Shown: positions 41,289-51,762, counted from the first letter of the stretch. The stretch is DNA of 64,000 nucleotides from Nitrosopumilus sp. (GCA_965197525.1 OZ240211.1:192001-256000), one strand, 5' to 3'. Numbers and translations are program-made. Notes: generated from the letters alone by a model not told the origin.

Positions 41289-42643
41289 CAGAAGTTGAAA
41301 ATGTACCCCTATCGCACACACTGCAAATAATATTCTAATTCTTTGTCTGTTGATTTTATGATCTTCTTGACCAATACAATGAGCAACACTAGGAATACAC
41401 TAGCTGTCATATTTGTTTTGACATGCTGCCCAAACTTGATCTTAAACACCCTGTTTATTTTTCGTACTGTCGTATACCACAGGTTGCACATAGTCATAGA
41501 GAGAAAGAACATAAAGACTCTGATCGCATGATTTCGACTACCTGTGCGTGCACGCATCTGCTCAACTGATTTGAAGTTGTTCTCTATGCGCCAGCGCTTT
41601 TTGTATTCTTTAGGAACGTCTTTCATGGTGCGTTTTATGCGCCGGCGTTCTACATTTGTGGCATACGTCAGATACTCCCATCCTTTTTTGCCCCTCTTTT
41701 CCTTGAGGCGTTTTTTTATCACCAGCCAAAACCTGAATGTTGTTCCGTAGCCGGATCTCATCTCGTATCTTGATACCGCCTTTCTTTTGCCGCAACGAAA
41801 CTCCGAGACGGCCTTTTTGATTCCCGGCGTCTTGCTTGTTGCCATCAGGAATCTCTCGCCGCGTTTGTCCAGAAAGCGCATCACCTCTACATTGCTAAAC
41901 TCACGGTCCATGAGAATTGTCGACTTTTTTTTAAACCCTAGTTTCTGTGATTCCAAGAGCAATTTACGCACGAATTCGGTCTTGGTCATGTCCCTTGTGA
42001 GGTGTACTACTGCTATCGTAGGCAACCGCTCTTCGGTGACTAGCTGCATGGTGGCGTACGTCTCAAACTGAGACGTTCCGCCCTTGGGCTTGCCACCGAT
42101 TACAAAGTTGTCATTGTGCCTGTCTGTGCCTGTGAATGGGATCAAGTGCTTGTCTATGGCATATATGTGACCTGTCTTCTTCTCCTCAAGACCGAATCCA
42201 TTCTTGATCGTACTCTTTAACATGCGCATACACAAGGCATTCATCTTGTCAGAATCTATTGCACCTATCATACTCAATAACCACTGGGATGTTGGGATAC
42301 TGGCGTTCTTGTCATCTCTTGATGTGATGGCAAGCTCTGCTACGGCCCTGTTGGCAGTAGCCCCATTCTTGCACATGTATAGCAGAACCAAGACGACATC
42401 CTCAAGACTGTACATGGCGTTATGCCTTGTTGACAGTGGTATCTTTGCACAATTTAGTGCGTCATACAAGACCATGAATTCTTTTTTTGCAATATTATCT
42501 TGGAAATTCAATTCATTTTTCTGATTTGCCATGTTAACTGATCAAATTTTGATCTTTTAGCCCCATATATCAAAAAACTATGTGTGTTAGCTTGTAAAAT
42601 TATGCGTAAAAAACGTGTGTAGAGGGTACATTTTCAACTTCTG
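41289..42643 (-). mobile_element. Intact ISH3-family insertion sequence
   Basis: Perfect 20-bp TIR cagaagttgaaaatgtaccc; 4-bp TSD atgt (41285-41288 / 42644-42647). Confidence 0.9.
41309..42532 (-). CDS. ISH3-family DDE transposase
   Basis: YAIDKH, ILMDREF, YKKRWRIENNFK (IS4-like YREK motif). Confidence 0.88.
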   Translation of the reverse strand: MANQKNELNFQDNIAKKEFMVLYDALNCAKIPLSTRHNAMYSLEDVVLVLLYMCKNGATANRAVAELAITSRDDKNASIPTSQWLLSMIGAIDSDKMNALCMRMLKSTIKNGFGLEEKKTGHIYAIDKHLIPFTGTDRHNDNFVIGGKPKGGTSQFETYATMQLVTEERLPTIAVVHLTRDMTKTEFVRKLLLESQKLGFKKKSTILMDREFSNVEVMRFLDKRGERFLMATSKTPGIKKAVSEFRCGKRKAVSRYEMRSGYGTTFRFWLVIKKRLKEKRGKKGWEYLTYATNVERRRIKRTMKDVPKEYKKRWRIENNFKSVEQMRARTGSRNHAIRVFMFFLSMTMCNLWYTTVRKINRVFKIKFGQHVKTNMTASVFLVLLIVLVKKIIKSTDKELEYYLQCVR

Positions 42644-42959
42644 ATGTTCTTCTTCTTCTTCTTCTTCATAGCTGGGATGTTCACAACTAGTAGTATGATT
42701 GCACTCATCTGACCTGTCACTAACGACTCTTATCTTTTAGAAGAGATGTGTTGTTTCAAGCATTTTGAACTGTATTTTTAGTCGCTGATTCCTACGTTCG
42801 ATCAGGTGTTTGATATTATCCATTATGTTACGGCTCGTTGAGTTACTCTGTTACGTGCGGTAACATGGGAAACGCACACGTATTAACTGTATAAATAGGC
42901 TCATTATGCTAAAAATTCCCAATGACAATGGATTTAAAGAACTCCGATATAGAATACAT

Positions 42960-43373
42960 GTGAACATCAAAAAAGTAGGAAATGTAATTTTAGCAGTTGC
43001 TGACATTGACAGATCCTTAAAGTTTTACCATGAAATCATTGGCCTTCCAATCCGTAGCCAGCGGAGGTCTTGGGTTGACTTGGGCACATCTGGTGCTTTA
43101 CTGAGTTTACATCCTGCATCCCTGACTGCACAACACATTGGCAGTTCAATTGAGAATGGTATAACCATTGGTTTTATTGTAGGTGATGTAAAATCTGCAA
43201 TTGATGAGTTAAAAGCAAAAGGTGTGAAAGTTCATCGTGACATTGTTGAGAAAGATGCAGGAAAGAACGCTGTAATCTTAGATCCTGATGACTATCTTAT
43301 CTCGTTGTTTGAACCTTGCTTTGAGGACAAAGCCCAACAGACAGGCGGATACCAAGGATATACACCGGTCTAG
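42960..43373 (+). CDS. VOC/glyoxalase family protein
   Basis: VILAVADIDRSLKFY...GL, DPDDYLISL. GTG at 42960 is the likely start. Confidence 0.88.
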   Translation: MNIKKVGNVILAVADIDRSLKFYHEIIGLPIRSQRRSWVDLGTSGALLSLHPASLTAQHIGSSIENGITIGFIVGDVKSAIDELKAKGVKVHRDIVEKDAGKNAVILDPDDYLISLFEPCFEDKAQQTGGYQGYTPV

Positions 43374-43759
43374 ATCAGTCTTTTAATTTCAGAGATAATT
43401 TTCTCCAAATCTTTTTCTTTTCTACTAATCGTGATATAGTATATGATTTGGTTTTTATGTAAAATCACAATGGCTACTTTTCGGTGATCAATTGTTATGT
43501 GATTTAACTTTCCCATAACACTCGTTGCAGACTCACTACGTAATGACAGTAGAGATGCAACCATGTATAACTCATCTCTTATCTGCTTTGAGTCTAATAT
43601 GGGTTTGATATTTGATCTCATTATACCAGTTAGTGTTCTACCATACTCGTTTGTTATCCCAACGTACCTTATGCTATTTGATAGTTTCATTATGCTTTGA
43701 GATATCTGCCTGTATTTAGCTATCTTTTCTATCCATTTATCTGCTGGAGTTTTTACCAT
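43370..43759 (-). CDS. Roadblock/profilin-like thaumarchaeal protein
   Basis: SIRYVGITNEYG...GKLNHITI pattern. Confidence 0.6.
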   Translation of the reverse strand: MVKTPADKWIEKIAKYRQISQSIMKLSNSIRYVGITNEYGRTLTGIMRSNIKPILDSKQIRDELYMVASLLSLRSESATSVMGKLNHITIDHRKVAIVILHKNQIIYYITISRKEKDLEKIISEIKRLI

Positions 43760-44173
43760 GCTTTAAAACCATAATTTGAATTAATAAGGATTTGGATAAG
43801 ATTGCTTGGCTTGTATATTTGCCAATATTATCTAGCAATCCTTGTGCGAAATAGGCAAAATCATGACAATTTGCCGCTACTGATCATTTATTGTCATTAT
43901 CTTGATTGATGCGCTCTCTAGTCCGAAAAGTAGTATACCCTCAACATATATCGTCGGATAGAACTCAATGACATACTTGTCATCTTTTGATAATCTTATA
44001 CGATCGTTCGCTATTTTTTCTCTTATAGTATTTACAAGATTGTTGATTGTGGAAGTTTAGCAAAACCAGATGGGCGTTGAAAGTATGGTTTGGACAAGAA
44101 AGCAACATAGTTGATTTAGAGTATAAATACTCTAAACGATAACATCATATACTATTTTGTGGTATAATGATTG

Positions 44174-44238
44174 CCGTATTCGAATCCTTTGGACCATCCG
44201 TGATGGGTAATCAAGGGCTCATGTGAGTACGGTCACAT
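44174..44238. ncRNA. Candidate structured RNA (hairpin, extended stem and pseudoknot) abutting the stop of the DUF3800-like gene
   Basis: Stems 44221-26/44233-38, 44194-98/44202-06 and 44182-91/44212-20; loop 44228-32 is complementary to 44174-78. Confidence 0.45.
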
Positions 44239-44882
44239 TATCTAAATGCTTGCATCATTTCTTTTTCAAGAATGTCTCCAAGATTTTTAAAAACTACACC
44301 GTGAGGTTCTTTCCCTCTATTATTTGACCACGCAATTAAATCTGACAATACGTATGCATATGTTTCATTATCATAGTATGTGTCATTATTATTATGATTT
44401 TTAACACGAATTAATTTTTTTTGTTCTATAGTGTTACATCGTAAACCATTCTGTTTTAGAAAAGATTGGCAGTCATCATCGCATTGAAAAGTAATCTCTG
44501 ATAATTCATAATTATGTTTTTTTCCAAAGTCTATAATATTATCTCGTATGTTGCGAAATAGTAAATAGTTATATTTTTGATAAATTCGTCTATGCGATGT
44601 TGTTTTTTTATGTTTTTTGTCTATCATTTTTTTAATTCTTGCAATTGTTTTATTTCTTTCTATTTTTAGACAAAATACAATACTTTCTTTTCTATTAAAC
44701 TCAAGTTTCGAAGAAAGTGAATCTCGAACTTTTGATTGCTTAAATACACCTATTGATATTTGTTTCAATCCCGTATAGTTTATGATGGATCGGAGATGAT
44801 CTTCCGTAATTAGAACAATGCTCATAAATTTATGATTTCCTTCCTCTGGATTTCCTGAAACATCGGCTGCCGCATAAATCAT
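44238..44882 (-). CDS. RNase H-like, DUF3800-like protein
   Basis: N-terminal ADVSG (cf. hDESG), central FQCDDD, C-terminal LSDLIAW (cf. QhADhhA). Assigned by motif resemblance only. Confidence 0.45.
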   Translation of the reverse strand: MIYAAADVSGNPEEGNHKFMSIVLITEDHLRSIINYTGLKQISIGVFKQSKVRDSLSSKLEFNRKESIVFCLKIERNKTIARIKKMIDKKHKKTTSHRRIYQKYNYLLFRNIRDNIIDFGKKHNYELSEITFQCDDDCQSFLKQNGLRCNTIEQKKLIRVKNHNNNDTYYDNETYAYVLSDLIAWSNNRGKEPHGVVFKNLGDILEKEMMQAFR

Positions 44883-44971
44883 AATAATTCCCTATTAGAG
44901 TGACGTCATTAAATCTTTGTAATTTACCAAGACATCAAAACATCTATAGCTGGGAACATTTATCATCCATC

Positions 44972-45220
44972 ATGAAAAAACATTGTGAAGATTTAATGCG
45001 CACGGATAAAAAAGAATTACATCCAAAAACAAAAGAACGGATGCTTGCAATGTTAGATATTGTAGAGACCGACGGAACAATTTCCGCAGTTGCACGACTA
45101 TTTCACAAAGCATATAGTTCAATTAAAAGTTGGGTTATACGATTTGAAAAGTTCGGAATTACCGGCTTGCAAAATCATGACAATTCGCCCCTGATCAATT
45201 ATTGCCATTATCTTGATTGA
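44972..45220 (+). pseudogene. IS630-like transposase N-terminal HTH fragment
   Basis: ERMLAMLDIV..G.ISAVARLFHKAYSSIKSWVIRFEKFGITGL, then premature stop; no DDE domain. Confidence 0.6.
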
Positions 45221-45320
45221 TGCCATGACATACTAGTTTATTATTGCTGTCTGTAGTTCTATGCATCTGTATTTTTGATAATGGTATATCAACACTCTCA
45301 CACCGTTATTATCATTATGA

Positions 45321-45707
45321 CTATTGACTAGTTGCAGAATCTGAATTTGATTCAACTCTTTTCTTCAGTTTCAAGTTCTCTTTATAGAGTCGGTCGTTTT
45401 CTGCTTGAAGGGTCTGTATGCTGTTCTGCTCTGTATACAACGGGTGTCCGGGAGGAATAACATTTGCATTCATTGATAAAAGACCTGATGCGTACTGTTG
45501 ATACATCTGCTGAAACCCTTTCAATTTCCGATCTATCGTGCCTGACTCGCCCAAAAACTGTCTCTTGTTGGGGTTCTTGTAAATTTTAAACATTGGATTT
45601 GAGGACAGTATTCCAGGTGGCAACCTAGGAAACTGAAATGCCAAGTGAGGAATATCTGGATTCAAGCCATAAAGATCTTGCATGTGTTTCAGGACTAAAC
45701 TATCCAT
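45321..45707 (-). CDS. Hypothetical protein with C-terminal coiled coil
   Basis: 128 aa; LQAENDRLYKENLKLKKRV heptads. Confidence 0.55.
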   Translation of the reverse strand: MDSLVLKHMQDLYGLNPDIPHLAFQFPRLPPGILSSNPMFKIYKNPNKRQFLGESGTIDRKLKGFQQMYQQYASGLLSMNANVIPPGHPLYTEQNSIQTLQAENDRLYKENLKLKKRVESNSDSATSQ

Positions 45708-45866
45708 GAATTGCTGCTATTTTTGCCTTATTTGTGGTTTATCATTTGCCGTTTCTAACGTGTCAGGTGGTGATGGTGTTTCTTTGTTGTTATCTGCCGC
45801 AATTTAGTATGTCTTTTCTCTTTGGCGATGACTTGATTTGCAAACATTGTATGGACAACACATGTG

Positions 45867-46676
45867 TTATTCTTTGAATTCAAATACTTTGTAAATCTCC
45901 CCTGTCACTCTGGAGCGATACTTCCACTCGTCTTTGCTCCATTGCGTAGGCACAAACTGCCTTTGTAAATCCGGATGTGTCAAATTATACACATCATTAC
46001 CAATCAGTATCTGGTTTGGTTTTGCCATGCTCTGAATCTTTGATGCAATATTCATTGCAGGACCCATAAGGTCAACATGGGAGTTCTTCACATCAGCACC
46101 ATACCTTACCACGATATTCTCGCCAAAATCAATACCTATCTTTACCATTAGGTCTGGATAGTCATACTGCATCAGTACTGGATTTATTCCTTCGGTAATT
46201 ATCGGTATCATTGATTTGGCGCATTTTACTGCATTATCTGCTGCAAATGATGCAGCATTTGTTCCAATAAAGTATCCTATTACTGCATCTCCTACGAATT
46301 TGAGGACATAACCGTGGTGCTGTCGTATTACGGTTGCCATCTCTTGCGAGAATGAACTAATAATTATTGCAATCTTCTCTTCAGGCATCTCTAACGTCAT
46401 TGTTGTGGAGCCGACTAGGTCTACATACAGTACTGCCATATTCAATTTTGTCAAGACGTTCTTTCTTAGGAATTCATCAGAGTCATCAATCACTCCCGAG
46501 TACTCGTAGCCCTTTTTGAGTGCTCCCCATACGCGTTTTTGGGTCTCTAATATCATGGTATCATAGTCTAGTGCCTGATCTTGGTTTTTACCTAATAGCA
46601 TATCTACTAGATTTTTAGTTGATTCTGTTGATGACTTGGTATCTTTTGTATTCTCCTCAGTCATGGCTATTCTCAC
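45867..46676 (-). CDS. Class III adenylate/guanylate cyclase
   Basis: VLYVDLVGST, LKFVGDAV, VKIGIDFG, GPAMNIASKIQ. Confidence 0.92.
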   Translation of the reverse strand: MRIAMTEENTKDTKSSTESTKNLVDMLLGKNQDQALDYDTMILETQKRVWGALKKGYEYSGVIDDSDEFLRKNVLTKLNMAVLYVDLVGSTTMTLEMPEEKIAIIISSFSQEMATVIRQHHGYVLKFVGDAVIGYFIGTNAASFAADNAVKCAKSMIPIITEGINPVLMQYDYPDLMVKIGIDFGENIVVRYGADVKNSHVDLMGPAMNIASKIQSMAKPNQILIGNDVYNLTHPDLQRQFVPTQWSKDEWKYRSRVTGEIYKVFEFKE

Positions 46677-46870
46677 TTACTCTAAAGGAAAATCTGTCTT
46701 GCAATGAATGCATCGGCCTCTCTTTCCTTTGTAACTTTCATGATAATATTGTAAAATCTCAAGATTACAACCCTCGCATATAATCTTTAGTTTACTCATA
46801 CATTATATGATTTTCCTTACTATTTAGATATTGATGAAGATTTAAGACGAGGTGTCGTATATCGTCTTTC

Positions 46871-47731
46871 ATGCGACTAGGTCTGAAATCTTCTAATGAG
46901 TTTATAGAATTACTGAACCAAAAGAACCATTTAATTCAAAATGCATTCTTGACTAAGATGACTGAATCAACTAGGATGATACCTGTAAAAGTTATGCTGG
47001 GTAACTCTACAGTTACAGAACAGCATACCTTTGATCCTCAGGTAGTTACAAACTATTTTGAACAGATCAACGATTCTTTATCTGAGTGGTCTTTGCAAGA
47101 TGTATCTGAGACTAACAACGCAGATCTGCGAAGAATATTTACGAAATTTGAGATAAAGGAAGGAAATTATCTACTGTCAGGTCATCTATCATTGCAGTTT
47201 CACGTCTTGTTGTACTATAAACCAGTCCAGCGCGTTATGGATGCACAAAAAGAATTATCGCGTATAGTGGATCAAACTAAAGATCAAGAGGCGCATATAT
47301 CTGACGGTGGGGACAAGCAGATTCTACAAAAATTAAAAGAGCAAGGATACAAAGATTTAGATCATCAAAATCTATTTGAGATATTCTATAAAGACGACAA
47401 GTTTAGAGAACAGGTATTCGCAGAGGTTCAAACGGATGATCAGAGTGCAGACTTTGAGGAACTATCACAAAGAAAGACTGCTCTATTATCTGAGCTTGAT
47501 TCACTGTTACTGGAAACATATCAAACTACACACGTTCTAATTGACGACCCCAAACTTGTCTCAGGTGAGGAAGGTAGCCTGTTGACACTAGACATTGAAT
47601 TCATAAAAAATGATGGTACTCGTCATGGATTGTTTGACCCAAGAAAGATGTCAGACTCGACACGCAAAAACATCATCAGACGGTTAGATGAAGTTCATAA
47701 CAGTATAATAAACCAAGGAACTGGATTATGA
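46871..47731 (+). CDS. Conserved hypothetical protein
   Basis: 286-aa ORF with typical codon use. Confidence 0.75.
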   Translation: MRLGLKSSNEFIELLNQKNHLIQNAFLTKMTESTRMIPVKVMLGNSTVTEQHTFDPQVVTNYFEQINDSLSEWSLQDVSETNNADLRRIFTKFEIKEGNYLLSGHLSLQFHVLLYYKPVQRVMDAQKELSRIVDQTKDQEAHISDGGDKQILQKLKEQGYKDLDHQNLFEIFYKDDKFREQVFAEVQTDDQSADFEELSQRKTALLSELDSLLLETYQTTHVLIDDPKLVSGEEGSLLTLDIEFIKNDGTRHGLFDPRKMSDSTRKNIIRRLDEVHNSIINQGTGL

Positions 47732-47993
47732 AATGATTACATCATCTCAATGGGGAGACTCCAATTCCTTGATATGTAATAGATAACGTATATTTACTAT
47801 ATAGATATTCCTCAAACGATTACGCCTGTAACTAACATTACATGGTTTTTTTGGTATGGACTCAGGTTCCCCATGTTTTTAGGCACAAAATATATGCCGG
47901 ATTAGACGATCCGTGCCTAGATGAATCTTGGACCTGAGTGTTTACTTTTTTGTATAGAAGAAGTCAAATACAGTGTAAATCAAACAGCATTCT

Positions 47994-49229
47994 ATGATAC
48001 CGACCTACAGCGACATAAAACAGGCCAACACCATGCGAGGCAATGACATAAAAAAGACTCCGTTAATTCCATCACCTACATTTAGCGAACTGTCGTTGTC
48101 TGATGTATATCTAAAAGCTGAGTTTAGGCAAAGAACTGGTTCGTTTAAGATTCGTGGTGCATACTTTAAGATTAAAATGCTCTCTCCTGAGGAGAAGGTA
48201 CGTGGTGTTGTTGCAGCATCTGCCGGAAATCATGCACAGGGCGTAGCCTATGCGTCAGCTCTTGAGCATATACCTTGTACAATTGTCATGCCAAAGAACG
48301 CGTCACCTGCAAAAGTCAGTGCAACGAAGAGTTATGGTGCCAACGTAATCTTGGAAGGGGTAAATTACGACGAGTCGTCCTTGAAGGCAAAAGAGATTGC
48401 AAAAGAGACAGGCGCTGTCCTGATACATGCATTTGATGATCCACAGATAATTGCAGCACAGGGAGTTATTGGTCTTGAGATATTAGAGGATTTGCCTGAT
48501 GTTGATGAGATTTATGTCCCTATTGGTGGAGGCGGTCTAGCAGCTGGCACATTAATTGCGATCAAGGAGAATAATCCCCAAATACGGGTTATTGGTGTGC
48601 AATCAAGCTCATTTCCTTCCATGTATGAATCATTGCAAAAAGGAAAAGTAATCACTGACATGAATAAAGGCGTCAATAACACAACAACAGATAGACGTAC
48701 CATCGCAGACGGTCTGTCAGTCAAGGTTCCGGGTCAGTTGACGTTTACCATAATCAAGGATCTGATTGACGACATAGTTCTAGTTGATGATGTTGATATC
48801 ACAAAGGCAATGTTTCTGTTGATGGAGAGGATGAAGTTCGTTGTGGAACCTGCAGGTGCTGCAAGTTTGGCATATCTGATTGCAAAGAAACCCGCTGCAG
48901 GCAAAAAGGTTGTAGCAATATTGGCAGGAGGAAATGTGGATATGTATCTGTTGGGTCAAATAGTGGACAAGGGGCTTGTTGCCATGGGCCGCCTCTTAAA
49001 GATGTCTGTACTGCTCCCCGACAGACCAGGTGCCTTTAAAGATATCGTAGATGAGATAGCACATGCCAATGTCAACATTGTAGAGGTAATTCATGATAGG
49101 CTGAGTTCTGAGATTAACGCAGGTTCTGCAAGAGTTACACTCAGTCTTGAGACTCAGGGAAAAAAGCAAGCCGACTCGTTAATTGCAACACTACAAGAGA
49201 GAGGCATACTGTTTACAATACTGACCTAG
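47994..49229 (+). CDS. ilvA: Threonine dehydratase with C-terminal ACT domain
   Basis: QRTGSFKIRGA, SAGNHAQG, PIGGGGL, LPDRPG ACT domain. Confidence 0.94.
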   Translation: MIPTYSDIKQANTMRGNDIKKTPLIPSPTFSELSLSDVYLKAEFRQRTGSFKIRGAYFKIKMLSPEEKVRGVVAASAGNHAQGVAYASALEHIPCTIVMPKNASPAKVSATKSYGANVILEGVNYDESSLKAKEIAKETGAVLIHAFDDPQIIAAQGVIGLEILEDLPDVDEIYVPIGGGGLAAGTLIAIKENNPQIRVIGVQSSSFPSMYESLQKGKVITDMNKGVNNTTTDRRTIADGLSVKVPGQLTFTIIKDLIDDIVLVDDVDITKAMFLLMERMKFVVEPAGAASLAYLIAKKPAAGKKVVAILAGGNVDMYLLGQIVDKGLVAMGRLLKMSVLLPDRPGAFKDIVDEIAHANVNIVEVIHDRLSSEINAGSARVTLSLETQGKKQADSLIATLQERGILFTILT

Positions 49230-49802
49230 TCAAAATCTCTTGCTGGCAAACTCTGTTAACCCTTGTTCTTTTAGCTGCTCTGATTCTTCTAGTACCATGT
49301 CGTGTTGGCTTGATTTGTGCTTTGCTAAGACGTCTTTTAGCTCTTGGAACTGATTTGCAAGTATCTTTATTGCATACAGGCCTGCGTTACCTGCCTTGTT
49401 AACGCCTACTGCCACAACAGGAGAACCTGAAGGCATCTCAGTTATTGACAATAGCGAGTCTAATCCCCCAAATGCTGAAAATTTGGCAGCGTCAGTATTT
49501 TTTGGATGCTTGTCATTGTATACAAGAATTGGTACACCAATAACAGGTATGATTGTATGTGATGCTATCATTCCTGGTAGGTGTGCTGCACCACCTGCCC
49601 CTGCAATTATTATGCTAAACCCCTTCTCTTCTGCATGTTTTGCATACTGTGCTAGTCTTGCAGGCGTTCTATGTGCTGATACTATCTGATCCTCGTGCTT
49701 GATATTGTACTTGTCAAGTATCTGTGCTGCTCCCTGCATGATTCTACTATCTGAGCTTGAGCCCATAATAATTCCGACTAGTGGTTTCTTTGAGTATGTC
49801 AC
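49230..49802 (-). CDS. purE: N5-CAIR mutase
   Basis: IIMGSSSD, SAHRTP, GAGGAAHLPGM. GTG at 49802 is a more likely start than 49889. Confidence 0.93.
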   Translation of the reverse strand: MTYSKKPLVGIIMGSSSDSRIMQGAAQILDKYNIKHEDQIVSAHRTPARLAQYAKHAEEKGFSIIIAGAGGAAHLPGMIASHTIIPVIGVPILVYNDKHPKNTDAAKFSAFGGLDSLLSITEMPSGSPVVAVGVNKAGNAGLYAIKILANQFQELKDVLAKHKSSQHDMVLEESEQLKEQGLTEFASKRF

Positions 49803-49956
49803 TGGTGTTAAAGGAAATGTTAGGTAATTAAATTTTTTTTTGTCTTTTACATAGTATGTGTTGATGAATATGGTATTAGACGTAGACATGGTTTTTCATA
49901 TAGCGCACTGAAAATTGAACCACTAAATATTTTTAATCCTGATTTGTTTATGAGAT

Positions 49957-51126
49957 ATGGCAAAAGTACTGGGAATTATTGGCGGTGGCCAGTTGGGAAT
50001 GATGATTACAGAGGCTGCCAAACGTATGCCTGATGAGATAGCAGATGTTATAGTACTTGATCCCACAGTGGATTGCCCTGCATCTCTTGTTGGTGCAAAA
50101 CAGATCGTCGCTGATTTTAAAGACAGGGATGCAATTATTCAGCTTGCCCACAAGTCAGATATCATCACATACGAGATTGAGTCAGGTGATAGTGATGTCT
50201 TAAAATCAGTAGAACAGTACACAGAGATAAACCCCTCTCCTGAAACATTGCGGATCATTCAAGATAAATTTCTGCAAAAGTCTTTTTTCTCTGATAACGG
50301 TATCCCTGTACCAGAATTTGTAGTCATTAACGATGTCAATGACTTGAAGCAGGGTTTGAAAAAATTCGGTTTTCCTGCATTACTCAAGACGCGGAGGGGC
50401 GGATATGACGGGCGCGGAAATTTTAAAATTCAGACAAATGATGATATTCAAAAGGCCTACGATCATTTTAACAGGGAGCCGATGCTGTTGGAAAAATTTG
50501 TATCATTTGATATGGAGGTATCTGTTATTGCATCCCGAAATACACATGGTCAGATAAAGACATATCCTTTAGTTGAGAATATACATAAAGATAACATTTT
50601 ACGGACAAGTATTGCGCCTGCAAGAGTGACTGATAGTATTGCCAGTAAATCTAGAGTGATTGCAAGGGATGTCATGTCTGTTTTGTTGGGGTCCGGAACG
50701 TTTGGCATAGAGATGTTTGTAATGGGAGATGGGGAGATATTGGTAAATGAGATCGCCCCACGAGTTCATAATTCGGGACATCATACACTGCAATCAAGCA
50801 AGACATCACAGTTTGAACAACACCTAAGGGCTATACTTGGATTAGAGCTGGGAAGTACTGACTTGGTGTATAATACTATAATGTATAATATTTTGGGAGG
50901 TGTTGGGTTTAATGGCAAGTACAAATTTGCAGGCAATTTTGACGGTGTCGACAAACATGATAGTGACGACGGCTTATTTTTAAAGATGTATGGCAAAAAG
51001 GTATCAAAACCTCTGCGAAAGTTGGGACATGTGAATCTAGTTGGAATGCATGGTGAATCAGTTGATACCTTGTTGGATAAACTAGATCAGATGAAAGAAA
51101 AGATGGCGATTGTGCCGTCTGATTAG
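49957..51126 (+). CDS. purK: N5-CAIR synthase
   Basis: GIIGGGQLGMM, GGYDGRGN, EIAPRVHNSGH, RKLGHVN. Confidence 0.95.
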   Translation: MAKVLGIIGGGQLGMMITEAAKRMPDEIADVIVLDPTVDCPASLVGAKQIVADFKDRDAIIQLAHKSDIITYEIESGDSDVLKSVEQYTEINPSPETLRIIQDKFLQKSFFSDNGIPVPEFVVINDVNDLKQGLKKFGFPALLKTRRGGYDGRGNFKIQTNDDIQKAYDHFNREPMLLEKFVSFDMEVSVIASRNTHGQIKTYPLVENIHKDNILRTSIAPARVTDSIASKSRVIARDVMSVLLGSGTFGIEMFVMGDGEILVNEIAPRVHNSGHHTLQSSKTSQFEQHLRAILGLELGSTDLVYNTIMYNILGGVGFNGKYKFAGNFDGVDKHDSDDGLFLKMYGKKVSKPLRKLGHVNLVGMHGESVDTLLDKLDQMKEKMAIVPSD

Positions 51127-51135
51127 ATTTATTAA

Positions 51136-51612
51136 TTGATTGTTGTAAATGCCTGTGTGGCTTTAACTGCAGCGCTGATACTAACTGGAATTGCGATAGC
51201 ATTACTAGTGGTGTACGGAGCCGATGTCGTAGTGGGATATACCACCGATGACGGTCAGGGGTTTATTCCATTTAATCATGCAGCACGAGGAATTGGACTA
51301 GGGGTGCCTGCATTGATACTTCCAATTATCGGATATGTTATTTCAAGACGCGATCGCTCTGCAGGCTTGGGTATTATGCTAATAATTGCAGGAATCTTGA
51401 TTCTTGTAGGAGGCGCAGTGGTGATTGGTAATGCTAGTTCTCCGGATGATGTTGCACAGACACCGCCGGGGGAGATTGATCCTCGTTCTCTGAATGCTGT
51501 TGCTGACGAATCTGGACGTAACGTAGTCACTGAGACTGCACCATTAATTGTTGTTGGATTTATACAGATTGGTCTAGGCATACTAAAGATCAAGAGATCT
51601 AAATCGGTATAG
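51136..51612 (+). CDS. Four-helix membrane protein
   Basis: Hydrophobic segments; downstream of purK. Confidence 0.7.
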   Translation: MIVVNACVALTAALILTGIAIALLVVYGADVVVGYTTDDGQGFIPFNHAARGIGLGVPALILPIIGYVISRRDRSAGLGIMLIIAGILILVGGAVVIGNASSPDDVAQTPPGEIDPRSLNAVADESGRNVVTETAPLIVVGFIQIGLGILKIKRSKSV

Positions 51613-51615
51613 ATT

Positions 51616-51762
51616 ATGGCTGTTTGTGCTAAATGTACAAATGACGTAAAACGAGTTTACGACTGTGATCACACAAATTTTGAAGCATATTGTGTGGAAT
51701 GCTATACAGAGTTGCATTATTATCTTACTGAGGGCAATAATGGTGATAATGATGCTGACTGA
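51616..51762 (+). CDS. Small Cys/His-rich (Zn-finger-like) protein, 48 aa, absent from the ORF track
   Basis: MAVCAKCTNDVKRVYDCDHTNFEAYCVECYTELHYYLTEGNNGDNDAD*; packed between neighbours, overlapping the next ATG at 51752. Confidence 0.65.
   Translation: MAVCAKCTNDVKRVYDCDHTNFEAYCVECYTELHYYLTEGNNGDNDAD

Noticed and set aside
43860-44070. About 59-codon open frame on the minus strand
   Set aside because: No start codon and no recognisable motif.
44900-45220. IS630-like fragment as helper transposase for the tnpB elements
   Set aside because: Only an HTH fragment remains, with no catalytic domain, and IS630 duplicates TA rather than 8 bp.
45708-45860. In-frame N-terminal extension of the 45321-45707 ORF
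   Set aside because: Two in-frame stops, and no homology evidence available to call it a pseudogene.
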